Notes: generated from the letters alone by a model not told the origin. A stretch of DNA of 64,000 nucleotides from Eubacteriales bacterium (GCA_045128275.1 JBGVRH010000063.1:1739-65738), one strand, 5' to 3'; shown: positions 53,442 through 63,375, counted from the stretch's first letter. Made by a program: numbers and translations.

Positions 53442-56400
53442 TCAGACACCCGCCTCGACCATGTGGACAGTACCGCCGGAGGTGCCGTTGCCCGCCTGGC
53501 CGTAGCTGTTGTTACCCTGGATGCGGACGGTGCCGTCCTCCATGAGGTAGGCGGTGAAGCCGTAGCCTGCGGCCACGTCCAGGACGCCCTCCAGCACCTG
53601 TCTGGGAGTTCCGTCGGTGTAGGCGTGATCGCCCAGGCCGTTCTCGGTGTTGAGACCGTAGACGTAGGCCTTGCCGTCCTCGGTGAGGACGACCATATTG
53701 CCGAAGTAGATATCCGCCTTCTTGACGTTCTTCATCACAGGGACGAAGGTGGGGTTATTTCCGCCGCCCTGGTTGAAGCCGTGAAGGGTGCGCCAGCCCG
53801 AGTAGTAGAGCTGACCCGTATGATCCACAGCCAGCACCTGGTGTTCGCCGGAATCCAGGAACTCCACGTCCTTCAGAATCTGAACGGGGGTATGGATCTG
53901 TTCGCCGTGGCTCTGGGACATCTTCTTCCAGCGGTTGTCGCCCACACCCCACAGGGTGCCGTCGTTCTTGACGTAGACGGTGGAGCGGCGGCCGGCGGAG
54001 GCGAAGGCCACGTTGGTATCCAGCTTGACGAGGGAGGTGACGTTACCGCCCAGATTGGTGGTGCCCAGGGCACCGTAGGCGTTGGAGCCGATGCCCCAGA
54101 GGTTGCCCTTCTCGTCCACGATCAGGAGATGGTCGTGGCCCATGGAGACGTCCTTGACCTTAAAGTCCATCTTGACCTCGCCCAGGGTGGTATCGTCGCT
54201 CTGACCGTTGCGGCAGAGCTGACCGCAGGTGTTGCGGCCCACCGTGAAGAGGCGGCCGTCGGTGGTGAGGATGGCGGTGGTGAAGGTGGTGTCGCCGTTC
54301 TCGTAGGCGTTGGCGGCGGAGGTGACCACCTTGGCGACGCCGCTCATGACGTAGGTGGGGACGTCCACCACGGTATCGGCCACGCCCAGGCCCAGCACGC
54401 CGTAGCGGTTATCGCCCCAGGCGTAGAGCTCGCCGTCACCGGTGAGGTAGAACATATAGGTAGCGCCCGCCACGATGGTGGCGTTCTTCAGGGCGTCGGG
54501 ATCGCTGACCAGGCGCTGGGTGGAGATGGAGATGGTGCCCGACTGGCCCGCCTTCAGGATCACCTGGGAGCCCTCCACCGACTGGACGTTGCCATCCTTA
54601 TCGGTAAAGGTGATGCCCGTGACCACGAAGCCCTCCTTGGCGGTGGCGATGATGTGCAGGGTCTTGGTCTCGCCGTCCTGGAGCTTGATGACGGTGCCGT
54701 TTTGGATGGCCTCGCCGTTGACGGTGACGTCAGCGCGGCCGGAGTGGTAGCTGACGGTGATCCGCTTCTGGGAGAGATGCTCCAGCTCGCTCTCGGAGAT
54801 GCCGAAGTAGCGGAAGAAGTGATCCAGGGCGTGGGGCACGCGGTTCTTGATGAAGCTGCGGATCTTGGAGGCCTCGGTCTGCCACTTGGAGTAGGTGAAA
54901 CCGGCCTCACAATTCCAGCGTCCCTGCTGGAGGTTCATGAGGGGATCGCGCTCGGCGTACATCTCGTCGAAGATGGCAGTGAGGTACTCGGGGGTCATGT
55001 GGTTGTTGACCACGTCGTAGTAGCGCACCAGGAACTGGTTCTTGAAGCCCTGGTTCTTCATGAGGGCGCGCATCATGGTACCGCAGACCGAGTTGCTGTC
55101 AAAGGCCCAGAAGAAGTTCTCCCGCTCGGTGGTGAAATCGTAGAAGGAGAGACCCATGTCCAGGTCAAGGAGGGTGAAATGCCACTTGGTATCGAAGCCC
55201 GAGGGATCGTCGGGGTTCTTGTTGCGCCAGATCTTGATGTTGTTCTCGGGCCAGTCGCGGGCCACGTAGAAGAGGCGCACCACCCACATATCGATGAAGG
55301 AATCGATATCCATCTGGGAGGCGATGTAGTCGTAGTGCTGCTGCTCGGCCAGATTATGCTCGCGCATGTACTGCACCATCTGGTTGAAGGGATCCTGGTC
55401 ACCCTCGACACCCGAGGAGACCACGAAATCGGCGTTGGTGTTGGTATGCACCTGGCTGTAGTCGCTCTCGATGACGGTGACGTTGTCCTTGTTCACGCCG
55501 TAGTGGCTCTCCACGTACTCGGGGGAGTAGCGCTCGCGGACGTTGTACACGCCCCAGAACTCGCCGTTGATGAAGACCAGGGTGGAGGCGGTGGCCATGA
55601 TATCCACCTTGAGGCCTGCGGCGGTGGACTGCATGAAGGCATCGCGGATGTAGGAGGTACCGCAGTCGTTACCCGAGTTACGGATCATGATGCGGGAGAA
55701 GGAGGTGATGGCCTGACCCCAGGCATCCTTGGCGGTGCCGCCGAAGATATCGTAGTTGAGGTCGGACTCAAGACCGCTGTCCTGGTTGTTGATGCCCTTG
55801 AAGTAGATACGGAGGGACTTCATGGCCCAGCCCGAGGAGCCGTTACCGCTGACGGCCATCTCCACGCGGGAGTTGCCCACGCGGTCGCCCTCAGGATCAA
55901 AGACCTCCATGATGCCCACACCGCGGCGGCGGCCGCCGGTGATGGAACCCGTGAGCAGGAAGTTGTTGTAGAAGCCGTTACTACCGATGACCTCGTCCTT
56001 GGGCAGAGAGATGGACATGATGGACACGCCGTACTTCTCCAGATCGTCGGTGACGAAGTAGGTATTGGTGAAAACGTCGGTAGACTCGGTGCCGTTGGTG
56101 GCGTAGGCCTTGATGACGTGGGCACCCACCTGGGTGGACACGCTGGGAGAAGACCAGGAGCGGGTCAGGGGGCCCCAGCCCATGGCCGAGGTGTCCGTGA
56201 GCATGATGCCCGAGGTGTACTTCTTGCGGTTGCGGTTGGAGGACACCGAGGGATCCGAGCCGTCGGTGGTGTAGTAGATGGTATAGCCGTTCTTGGCGGA
56301 CAGGTTCAGGATGAAGGCCTTCTCATAGATGCCCGCGTCCTGGGAGAAGGTGACCTCGTTGAGCTTGGAGGCGACCACCTCGTTGACGGTGCCGTCGGAG

Positions 56401-57350
56401 GTGCGGGTGCGGAGGTCGCGGAGCTCGGGGGTAGCGGTGCGGGTGAGGTTGACGGTGTGGTAGCCGCTGTAATCCTTGAGGGCGGTACGGACGGCGATCT
56501 TGTTGCGGGAGAGATCGTAGAGGGAGTAGACCGAGGAGTGGTACTCCATGGTGGCTACGAAAATGGAAATGGCATCGTCAAAGACGGTGATATCCTCGTC
56601 GCGGGCGATGCTCCAGCCCGAGGGGGCCAGGAGGAGACGAATCTCCTTGTTGTCCATGTAGATATCCCACTCGGCATCGCAATGCTCGATCTTCATGACG
56701 GCATTGTCGGGGTTGAAGTCGGCGGGGGCATTGGTGCGCACCAGGTAGTAGCCCCCTGCGGGGATGATGGCACCCTCGGGGAAGACGAACTGGTCGAAGG
56801 GGTTGTTTCCGTCGCTCTTGTAGTACAGGGAGGCACCCGTCAGGGCGATGTCCTTGTCGGAGGCGTTGTAGAGCTGGATGTAGCCGTTGGAGATGAGAGC
56901 CTCGGCGCCCTTCTTGCCCGTGCCGTAGACCGAGTGGATCATCACGCCCTTGTAGGAGGCGGAGTCACCGGGGTGCAGGTCGGGGTCGTAGGGCAGGGTC
57001 TCCTCCTCGGTCTCGGAGGGCTTGGAGGTGGGCTCGTCCCCGGGGACCGTGATCACGGGCGGGTCGGTGGGGACCTCGGTGGCAGGCTCGGAGGTCTCCT
57101 CCGAGTCGGCGGGCCGGTCCGTTCCGTCGGGATCCACGGGGGAGGTGGTCTCCCCGCCGGGCTCGCGAGTAGCGGGATCGCCGCTCTCGTCGGTCTGGGT
57201 GGGGCCGCCTACGCTTACCGAGGGATCGGTGGTATCGGGCTCGTCAGGAGTCTTGTCACAGGCGGCGAGCAGGATCACCGAAAAAGCCAGCACCAGCAGT
57301 GCGGTCAGCAGCCAGAGACGGGATCTGTTGTGCTTCAAAAATTTCATCAT
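53442..57350 (-). CDS. 1302-aa lipoprotein: lamin-tail domain, CotH kinase-like domain, C-terminal RCC1-type beta-propeller repeats
   Basis: Lipobox LLAAC. LTD-like IQLYNASDKDIALTGASLYY. CotH-like DSFIDMWVVRLFYVARDWPENNIKIWR. Repeats GELYAWGDNRYGVLGLG, GNLWGIGSNAYGALG, GTLWGVGDNRW. Confidence 0.8.
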   Translation of the reverse strand: MMKFLKHNRSRLWLLTALLVLAFSVILLAACDKTPDEPDTTDPSVSVGGPTQTDESGDPATREPGGETTSPVDPDGTDRPADSEETSEPATEVPTDPPVITVPGDEPTSKPSETEEETLPYDPDLHPGDSASYKGVMIHSVYGTGKKGAEALISNGYIQLYNASDKDIALTGASLYYKSDGNNPFDQFVFPEGAIIPAGGYYLVRTNAPADFNPDNAVMKIEHCDAEWDIYMDNKEIRLLLAPSGWSIARDEDITVFDDAISIFVATMEYHSSVYSLYDLSRNKIAVRTALKDYSGYHTVNLTRTATPELRDLRTRTSDGTVNEVVASKLNEVTFSQDAGIYEKAFILNLSAKNGYTIYYTTDGSDPSVSSNRNRKKYTSGIMLTDTSAMGWGPLTRSWSSPSVSTQVGAHVIKAYATNGTESTDVFTNTYFVTDDLEKYGVSIMSISLPKDEVIGSNGFYNNFLLTGSITGGRRRGVGIMEVFDPEGDRVGNSRVEMAVSGNGSSGWAMKSLRIYFKGINNQDSGLESDLNYDIFGGTAKDAWGQAITSFSRIMIRNSGNDCGTSYIRDAFMQSTAAGLKVDIMATASTLVFINGEFWGVYNVRERYSPEYVESHYGVNKDNVTVIESDYSQVHTNTNADFVVSSGVEGDQDPFNQMVQYMREHNLAEQQHYDYIASQMDIDSFIDMWVVRLFYVARDWPENNIKIWRNKNPDDPSGFDTKWHFTLLDLDMGLSFYDFTTERENFFWAFDSNSVCGTMMRALMKNQGFKNQFLVRYYDVVNNHMTPEYLTAIFDEMYAERDPLMNLQQGRWNCEAGFTYSKWQTEASKIRSFIKNRVPHALDHFFRYFGISESELEHLSQKRITVSYHSGRADVTVNGEAIQNGTVIKLQDGETKTLHIIATAKEGFVVTGITFTDKDGNVQSVEGSQVILKAGQSGTISISTQRLVSDPDALKNATIVAGATYMFYLTGDGELYAWGDNRYGVLGLGVADTVVDVPTYVMSGVAKVVTSAANAYENGDTTFTTAILTTDGRLFTVGRNTCGQLCRNGQSDDTTLGEVKMDFKVKDVSMGHDHLLIVDEKGNLWGIGSNAYGALGTTNLGGNVTSLVKLDTNVAFASAGRRSTVYVKNDGTLWGVGDNRWKKMSQSHGEQIHTPVQILKDVEFLDSGEHQVLAVDHTGQLYYSGWRTLHGFNQGGGNNPTFVPVMKNVKKADIYFGNMVVLTEDGKAYVYGLNTENGLGDHAYTDGTPRQVLEGVLDVAAGYGFTAYLMEDGTVRIQGNNSYGQAGNGTSGGTVHMVEAGV

Positions 57351-57654
57351 AAGCGGTACCTACGCTTTCAGGAATGTGTTTCGATCTATCAAAAAGGGGG
57401 AAATGTGACTCAAAAGCAGCCTCAAATACAGCCTTGAGGGGGTCATACGAAACCATCTTATTATAGCATTTTTCTTGGAATATGTCAACACGTTCATAAA
57501 ATTTCATGGTTTTATACAATTTGTAGGCGCAGGATTTGGGGAAAGAGGCAAGGGAGGGCGGGCGGGGGTGACGGCGGGGTGAAGGAGTTCACAGAAACGG
57601 AAGCGGAAGGCAGAAAAACCCCCGCGCCGAAGAGGCGCGGGGGAGGAAAAAGAC

Positions 57655-60393
57655 TTATTCCAGCGAGGTATTGACGAAGCTGTACTTCTCGGTGAAGTAC
57701 CCGCCCGCGTAGCCGTTCCAGATGCAGGGCTCCTTGTAGAAGTGAGGAGGTGCCACGGCCAAGAGCTCGCCGCCCACGTGGTGGTGGGGGCCCAGGAGGT
57801 TGCGGAGGTTGTTGACCAGGGTCAGCTTGATCTGATTGTCTCCTGCCTTAAGGTAGGGGGTCAGATTCACCGAGTAGGGTGCCCACATAATGGTATCCAC
57901 GTCGGTGCCATTCACATTGACGCGGATGGCGTTGAGGCCCGACTTCTCGAAGACCAGCTCACGGGAAATGTCGCCCTCGGCCAGGGTGACGGTCTTCTCC
58001 ACGGCCAGCTCGCCCGAGAAGAAGAGGTAGCCCTGACGCTCGATGTTCTTCAGAGTGACCTCGGCGGCGGGGGCGGTGATGACGAAGGAGCCGTCAAAGA
58101 AGGAGGCCTTGTTGGGGATCTCCTCGAAGGTACCGATGCCCTTCACGCCGAAGTCGCCCACCAGATACATGGCCTCGATCTCCATGTCGTAGGTCAGCTT
58201 GTTCTTCTCGCTCTCGAACTGCTTGCCCTTCTCCATGTTCTCGTAGACCACGTCGGACTGGGTGAACAGGACGTGGGTCTCGATGACGTTCTCGCCCTCA
58301 TGGAACAGGCCGGAGATATCCAGCTTCTTGAAGGAGTGGTCGCAGAAGAAGCCGCAGTCAGCCTTGGTATCCACAGCCTTGCCGTTGACGGTGATCTCGA
58401 AGATCTCGGGGGTCTCGCAGGCGAGGTACAGGGTCTCGGGGATGTACTCGGCGTTCACCTTGAAGGCGCAACGGATGTCCACGGGACGCTTCAGCTCCAG
58501 GGCGCGGGAGCCTACGTTGAGGATGTACCCGTTCTCCTCCTCCAGCTTGCCGTCAAACCAGTAGTCGCAGGTATCCAGCGTGAGGGCGTTCTCGGTGGCG
58601 GAGGTGACCTTCCATGCGCCGGTCAGGTCGATGGCAGGGATCTCGGCCTTGGCAACGGGCGCGGAGGCGGGGGTGCCGTCATCGATGATGACCAGGCTGC
58701 CCCACTTGGGGAACACGTGAGTGCCGTCGAAGGGCAGAAGGTCGCCCGTAGCGGGATCCATGATCTTACCGCCGCAGGTGAAGGTTGCGGCCTGCTCTTC
58801 GTCGGTGGAGTTGACGAAGTAGCGCATGGTGAAGCCCTCTTCGGGGAACTCACGGAAGATGTAGGTGACGGCGGGGTTGTCGATGATGGGATCGGCCTCG
58901 ATCTCCTCGGCGGTGACGATCACGCCGCCGTTTGCCTTGTACTCCTCCAGCAGCTTGTTGGTGTTGGGCAGGAAGGCGATGTGAGGAGGAATGACGATCT
59001 TGTTGTAGCGCATCTCACCGATGACCAGCTCGCCTCCCTCCACGCGGCCGTGACGCTCCATGAGGATCTCGTCACCCAGGTGGTAGAGGACGTGCTTGGC
59101 ATCCAGGGCGGACATGACGTTCAGAAGCTCCTGATTGTAGTAGTTCAGGTTCTCGTTGGCCTTATCATCGTAGCAGATCCATGCGGAGGTCTGGGTGTGC
59201 ATGACCAGGGTGTTGACCTTGATCTGACCCTCGGCCAGGAGCATACCGATGCGGCTCATGGCATCGTTGAAGACCTTGTAGTCGGCCCACCAGGGCTGCT
59301 GGCAGTACATGGCCGGAGGATAGTCGCGCTTACGGATACCGCGGAGAGAGTAGCCCTCCAGATGCTGGCACATGAGGTTGACACCCCGCACCATCATCCA
59401 CTCGTAGTTGCGCTTCAGCTCATCGTGGCCCACGTTGTGGCCGCAGAGAGCGAAGGTCTCGGACAGCACCTGCTTCTTGCCGGTCTGGGCGGCGGCGGAG
59501 CAGAGCTGGGCCATGGTGAGGCAATGGAAGATGGGACGGCAGAGCCAGTCCATACCGGGGATGGTGAGGTACTCGTAGTGAGGCATGCACGCGCCGTTGG
59601 AGGTCAGCTGGGCATGGAAGGACTCCTCCAGCACCATGTGGCCGGTGAATCCCAGGTCGTGAGCCACGCACCAGTCGTAGATCTGCTTCATGAAGTTCTT
59701 GGAGAACAGCTCGGTCACCAGCTTCCAGAAGCGCATACGGGTGGTCTGGTAGTCGCCGCGAGCCACGAACAGCTCGATGAGGTGATCGTAGATGGGCTCG
59801 CCGTAGGCCTTCTCATACTCGGCGGGGAGGATGAAGCTCCACGGAATACCGTTACGGGAGATCTGGGGCTCGTCGGTGAAGAAGCCGTCGAAATTGGAGC
59901 CGTACTTGGCGTAGTAGGGCTCGTAAATTTCGTTGATGAAGTCAGCGATTACCTCACCGTCGAGGGTATCCACGTAGAAGGGGTTGACATCGTAGTAGAA
60001 GCAGTAGTTCTCGAAGCAGCAGATGACGTTGTCGCCCGTGGGATCCTCCAGGTCGGGGGTGAAGGTGCGGACACGGAGGTACTTCTGCTGGTACTTCAGA
60101 CCCTTGCCGTTGACCACGCCGCCGCCGAAGCCCGAGGGCCAGCCGTTCTCGTCGTAGGCCCATGCGTGCATACCGCGCTTTTCGGCATCCTCCACGCAGG
60201 CGGTGACGTTCTCGAACCACTCCTCGCCCATGTACTCGGTCTGGAGTCCGCCGCGGGCGTGCATGAAGAAGCCGCCGATGCCGACGTCGTCCATGAGCCC
60301 CACCTGGCGCAGGGTCTCGGGGACGTTCAGCTTCTCGTTCCACGACCAGAAGGGTACGGGACGGTACTTTTTGTCGATGTTTTTGAAGTTCAT
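57655..60393 (-). CDS. large intracellular glycoside-hydrolase-like protein (family not assigned)
   Basis: Start trimmed to MNFKNIDKKYRPVPFWSWNEKL (AAAGGAGAA RBS). The PFWSWN start and domain size are typical of glycosylhydrolase-like jelly-roll/TIM proteins. No signal peptide. Confidence 0.65.
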   Translation of the reverse strand: MNFKNIDKKYRPVPFWSWNEKLNVPETLRQVGLMDDVGIGGFFMHARGGLQTEYMGEEWFENVTACVEDAEKRGMHAWAYDENGWPSGFGGGVVNGKGLKYQQKYLRVRTFTPDLEDPTGDNVICCFENYCFYYDVNPFYVDTLDGEVIADFINEIYEPYYAKYGSNFDGFFTDEPQISRNGIPWSFILPAEYEKAYGEPIYDHLIELFVARGDYQTTRMRFWKLVTELFSKNFMKQIYDWCVAHDLGFTGHMVLEESFHAQLTSNGACMPHYEYLTIPGMDWLCRPIFHCLTMAQLCSAAAQTGKKQVLSETFALCGHNVGHDELKRNYEWMMVRGVNLMCQHLEGYSLRGIRKRDYPPAMYCQQPWWADYKVFNDAMSRIGMLLAEGQIKVNTLVMHTQTSAWICYDDKANENLNYYNQELLNVMSALDAKHVLYHLGDEILMERHGRVEGGELVIGEMRYNKIVIPPHIAFLPNTNKLLEEYKANGGVIVTAEEIEADPIIDNPAVTYIFREFPEEGFTMRYFVNSTDEEQAATFTCGGKIMDPATGDLLPFDGTHVFPKWGSLVIIDDGTPASAPVAKAEIPAIDLTGAWKVTSATENALTLDTCDYWFDGKLEEENGYILNVGSRALELKRPVDIRCAFKVNAEYIPETLYLACETPEIFEITVNGKAVDTKADCGFFCDHSFKKLDISGLFHEGENVIETHVLFTQSDVVYENMEKGKQFESEKNKLTYDMEIEAMYLVGDFGVKGIGTFEEIPNKASFFDGSFVITAPAAEVTLKNIERQGYLFFSGELAVEKTVTLAEGDISRELVFEKSGLNAIRVNVNGTDVDTIMWAPYSVNLTPYLKAGDNQIKLTLVNNLRNLLGPHHHVGGELLAVAPPHFYKEPCIWNGYAGGYFTEKYSFVNTSLE

Positions 60394-60439
60394 TATGTAT
60401 TTTCTCCTTTCGGTATTAGAGACACTAAAAAAGGGACAC

Positions 60440-61084
60440 TTATGACTTTTCTTTGATGCGACCAATCGCAAATTCCGCGGCGATCCGCATATCTTGGATA
60501 CGCACCGCCAAGAATTTCTCCAATGCAGGAATATCGTCAACCGTTCCGATCCGCCCCAGCGAGGCGATCGCGTAGACGATCTCTCCCTTGTACTTTTTTC
60601 GATCTCTCTCCAAAAAACCGTATAAAGCAGTCTTGCTTTCGGGAGTCGAAAAAGAACCTAAAGCACGTAAGGCCGCCAATCGGATCTGCCATGCGGGATG
60701 ATCCGTCAAAATGATCAGGCCGGAAATATTGGAATCCCCCGTCACCTTCACATCTGACAGAGCATCCAGAACAGACACAAGACCATCTCTGTCTGTTTCA
60801 TATTCCGCGCGACGCAACAGGAAATCCACGTATGTTTGATCAAAGCAATTCTTCAAGAGCCGTTCAATTATGATATACGCGCCTTTCCGGATCTCCGCAT
60901 TTTCTTTTCCTTCGTTGGAAATGATGATGGATTCCAAAACGGGATACCATGCGGGATCATCCAGTTTTTCCGCCTCGCGGTGGGCAAGCCAACGAAGGTC
61001 CTTTTTGGACGATCCGGCAGGCTCACGGCTGTTGAGACGGTTGATCAAGTCGTATATGTAGGCTTCGGAATCTTGTCTTTTCAT
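60440..61084 (-). CDS. HEAT-repeat protein
   Basis: Helical repeats with AWQIRLAALRALG-type HEAT signatures. Start trimmed to MKRQDSEAY. Confidence 0.6.
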   Translation of the reverse strand: MKRQDSEAYIYDLINRLNSREPAGSSKKDLRWLAHREAEKLDDPAWYPVLESIIISNEGKENAEIRKGAYIIIERLLKNCFDQTYVDFLLRRAEYETDRDGLVSVLDALSDVKVTGDSNISGLIILTDHPAWQIRLAALRALGSFSTPESKTALYGFLERDRKKYKGEIVYAIASLGRIGTVDDIPALEKFLAVRIQDMRIAAEFAIGRIKEKS

Positions 61085-61144
61085 ACTACCTTTCGTATGT
61101 AAAACAAATGATCCCAAAGATACAAGCCACGGAAAAAGCTCCGC

Positions 61145-61219
61145 ATCTATCTTGTATCTTTGTATCTTGTATCTTTGTATCTTGTATCTTTGTATCTTGT
61201 ATCTTATATCTCGTATCTC
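61145..61219. repeat. tandem 7/8-nt repeat (ATCTTGT/ATCTTTGT; 15-nt period) between spoVAC and the HEAT gene
   Basis: atcttgt atctttgt atcttgt atctttgt atcttgt atctttgt atcttgt atcttat atctcgt atctc. Confidence 0.8.
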
Positions 61220-61664
61220 AAAAAAGTGTTGTGATCCAGTAGATCACCCCGTACGCCGTCCCCGCCAGAGTCCCGTAGAGCAGCACAGGCCCCGCCACGG
61301 AGAACACCTTTGCGCCCACGCCCAGGATCAGCCCCTCGCTTTTGGCGTCAATAGCGGGGGAGACCACGGCGTTGGCAAAGCCCGTGATGGGCACCAGCGT
61401 CCCCGCTCCCGCGAACTTGGCAATGCGGTCGAAGACCCCAAAGCCCGTGAGGATGGCGGCGGCCAGCACCAGGGTGGCGGCGGTGAGCGTCCCCGCGTCT
61501 TGCTTTTCCATGCCGCAGAGATTGGTATAGGTATCGGTCAGGGCTTGCCCGATACAGCAGATGAGACCGCCCACGAGGAAGGCGCGGAGGCAATCCTTCA
61601 CAATGGGGGATCGGGGGGCGCGGGCATCGGCGTATTTTTTGTAGGTTTCTTTGGTCATGTTCAT
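61218..61664 (-). CDS. spoVAC: stage V sporulation protein AC
   Basis: YADARAPRSPIVKDCLRAFLVGGLICCIGQ...GAGTLVPITGFANAVVSPAIDAKSEG is the conserved SpoVAC pattern; ~148 aa with 4 TM helices. Confidence 0.85.
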   Translation of the reverse strand: MNMTKETYKKYADARAPRSPIVKDCLRAFLVGGLICCIGQALTDTYTNLCGMEKQDAGTLTAATLVLAAAILTGFGVFDRIAKFAGAGTLVPITGFANAVVSPAIDAKSEGLILGVGAKVFSVAGPVLLYGTLAGTAYGVIYWITTLF

Positions 61665-61726
61665 GGCGGTTCACTTCCCTTTTTTGAGGTAGTGTGCCAC
61701 GAAAGAGAGGATTTTATGCGGGCGGA

Positions 61727-62494
61727 TCAGCCGATCAGCTCGCTGTAGGCCATGTACAGGCAGGGGAGCGCCTCGGTGTAGGTTGTGTTTTGCCAGAAGG
61801 ACACCGTCCCCGCACTTTCGCCGTACACACGGATCATGTCTCCGGGCAAGAATTGCAGGGGATCGCCCAGGTTGCAGTCCTGCACGTAGATGATCAGCTC
61901 GCCGCCGCTGCGATCGCGGCAACGGTAGTAGGTCGCTCCGATATCATAGACGTCCTCGCTCTGCTCCACGCACTTCTCGACCACGGTCAGCTCCATGGCT
62001 ACATACCGTCCCTCGTCACCCGCGTGTCGGTAAAAATCCTCCACGTCCATGGGTTCGCAGAGCTGTACGTACTCCTCGCGAGAGATCTTGTCGTTGACAA
62101 GAGGCTGATTTATGAGGCTCCATAACCATCCCGAGCCCAGCGCGAGCAGCAGGATGTACCCGCCCACCACCGAGGCCGCCGTAATGATCTTGGCCTTCTT
62201 GGAGTAGGGGCTGGTGATGAACAGGATCAGACCCGCGATGCGGGACACGAAGAACATGATGAGAATGAACCACCAGGAATGATACCACGCAATGAACTGC
62301 ACCCGTCCCGAGGAATTCTTCCTCTTCTTGGGCTTCTTCACGGGCGCGCGGTTCCCTGCCCGAAATGCCTCGGGGCAGATCTTACCGCACAGGGGGCACT
62401 CCTCCGATGCGAAGTAGCACTCGCAATCGGGGCATTTATTCAATTCGGGTCGATCCAGCTCGTCTGAATCGAAATAACCTAAGCTACGGCCCAT
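61727..62494 (-). CDS. zinc-ribbon plus 2-TM membrane protein, function unknown
   Basis: Start trimmed to MGRSLGYFDSDELDRPELNKCPDCECYFASEECPLCGKIC (GGAAGGAG RBS). Two TM helices, then a soluble C-terminal domain. Confidence 0.65.
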   Translation of the reverse strand: MGRSLGYFDSDELDRPELNKCPDCECYFASEECPLCGKICPEAFRAGNRAPVKKPKKRKNSSGRVQFIAWYHSWWFILIMFFVSRIAGLILFITSPYSKKAKIITAASVVGGYILLLALGSGWLWSLINQPLVNDKISREEYVQLCEPMDVEDFYRHAGDEGRYVAMELTVVEKCVEQSEDVYDIGATYYRCRDRSGGELIIYVQDCNLGDPLQFLPGDMIRVYGESAGTVSFWQNTTYTEALPCLYMAYSELIG

Positions 62495-62511
62495 AGGCGT
62501 TTCTCCTTCCG

Positions 62512-62640
62512 TTTGCGCCAAAGGCGCAACTTCATTTGCCCCGCAGGGGCAATATCGTTGGCTCCAACGGAGCCACATCATTTGCGCAAAGCGCAACATC
62601 ATTGCCCCGCAGGGGCACATCATTTGCGCCGACGGCGCAA
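62512..62640. repeat. tandem array of six short GC-rich hairpins (period ~22 nt)
   Basis: TTGCGCC-AAA-GGCGCAA, TTGCCCC-GCA-GGGGCAA, TTGGCTCC-AAC-GGAGCCA, TTGCGC-AAA-GCGCAA, TTGCCCC-GCA-GGGGCA, TTGCGCC-GAC-GGCGCAA, separated by CATCA/CTTCA-type spacers. Confidence 0.75.
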
Positions 62641-62641
62641 C

Positions 62642-63283
62642 TTATTTCTTGGGGCTTCCCTCCATGAAGTAAGCCGCCTCCATATCCGCCACGCACAGCG
62701 CCCAGGCCAGGGGGAACATCTCCAGGGCCTTGCCCACGTTGCCGGGATCCTCGGGGCCGGAGAAGCCCATGTGGTAGCGGATGGCGAAGGCCTCGTCGCG
62801 GGTCAGGCGCATGTAGCCCGAGGCGATGTAGACAGACTTCTCCCCGTGTCCGTAGGGAAGGTTGTCTTCAATGGTATAGTAGGGCTGGGCCTCCCATCTT
62901 CCCTGCTCGTTCTTGACGTTGCGGGTGGAGACCTTGTAGAAGTTCACCTTGCAGAGGTCGTGGAGGAGGGCGGCGATGGCGATGGACTCATTGGAGTAGC
63001 TGATACCGTAGGTCTCCTTGACGCGGGGACGGTTCAGGATATCCACCAGCGCGTCGTAGACGTTGAGGGAGTGCTGGCAGAGACCGCCCTCGTAGTTGCC
63101 GTGGTAGCGGGTGGAGGCGGGGGCGGTGAAGAAGTCGGAATTCTCCAGATAGGCGAGGAGCTTATCCGCACCCTCGCGGGTGATGTTGGTCTTATAGATG
63201 TCGATGAACCGCTGGCGGTTCTCGGCGGCCTGGAGGGCGTAGGGGGAGAGGGTGGGGTTGGGGTCGGACATGGAGTAGGACAT
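62642..63283 (-). CDS. HD-domain phosphohydrolase
   Basis: STRYHGNYEGGLCQHSLNV...AALLHDLCK is the H..HD metal-binding pattern. AAAGGAG RBS. Confidence 0.8.
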   Translation of the reverse strand: MSYSMSDPNPTLSPYALQAAENRQRFIDIYKTNITREGADKLLAYLENSDFFTAPASTRYHGNYEGGLCQHSLNVYDALVDILNRPRVKETYGISYSNESIAIAALLHDLCKVNFYKVSTRNVKNEQGRWEAQPYYTIEDNLPYGHGEKSVYIASGYMRLTRDEAFAIRYHMGFSGPEDPGNVGKALEMFPLAWALCVADMEAAYFMEGSPKK

Positions 63284-63298
63284 GGGAGGCTCCTTTCG

Positions 63299-63370
63299 CT
63301 AATGAAAAATGAAGAATGAAGAATGAATAATGAATAATTGAGGATCGAAACCTACGGTTTCGTTCATTTT
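63299..63370. repeat. REP-like element related to 2985-3035 (purine heptad run plus GAAACC hairpin)
   Basis: GAATGAAGAATGAATAATGAATAATTGAGGATCGAAACCTACGGTTTCGTTCATTT versus GAATAGTGAAGAGGTGAGGAGGGAAACCTTCGGTTTCCTTCATTT. Confidence 0.55.
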
Positions 63371-63375
63371 TTGCG

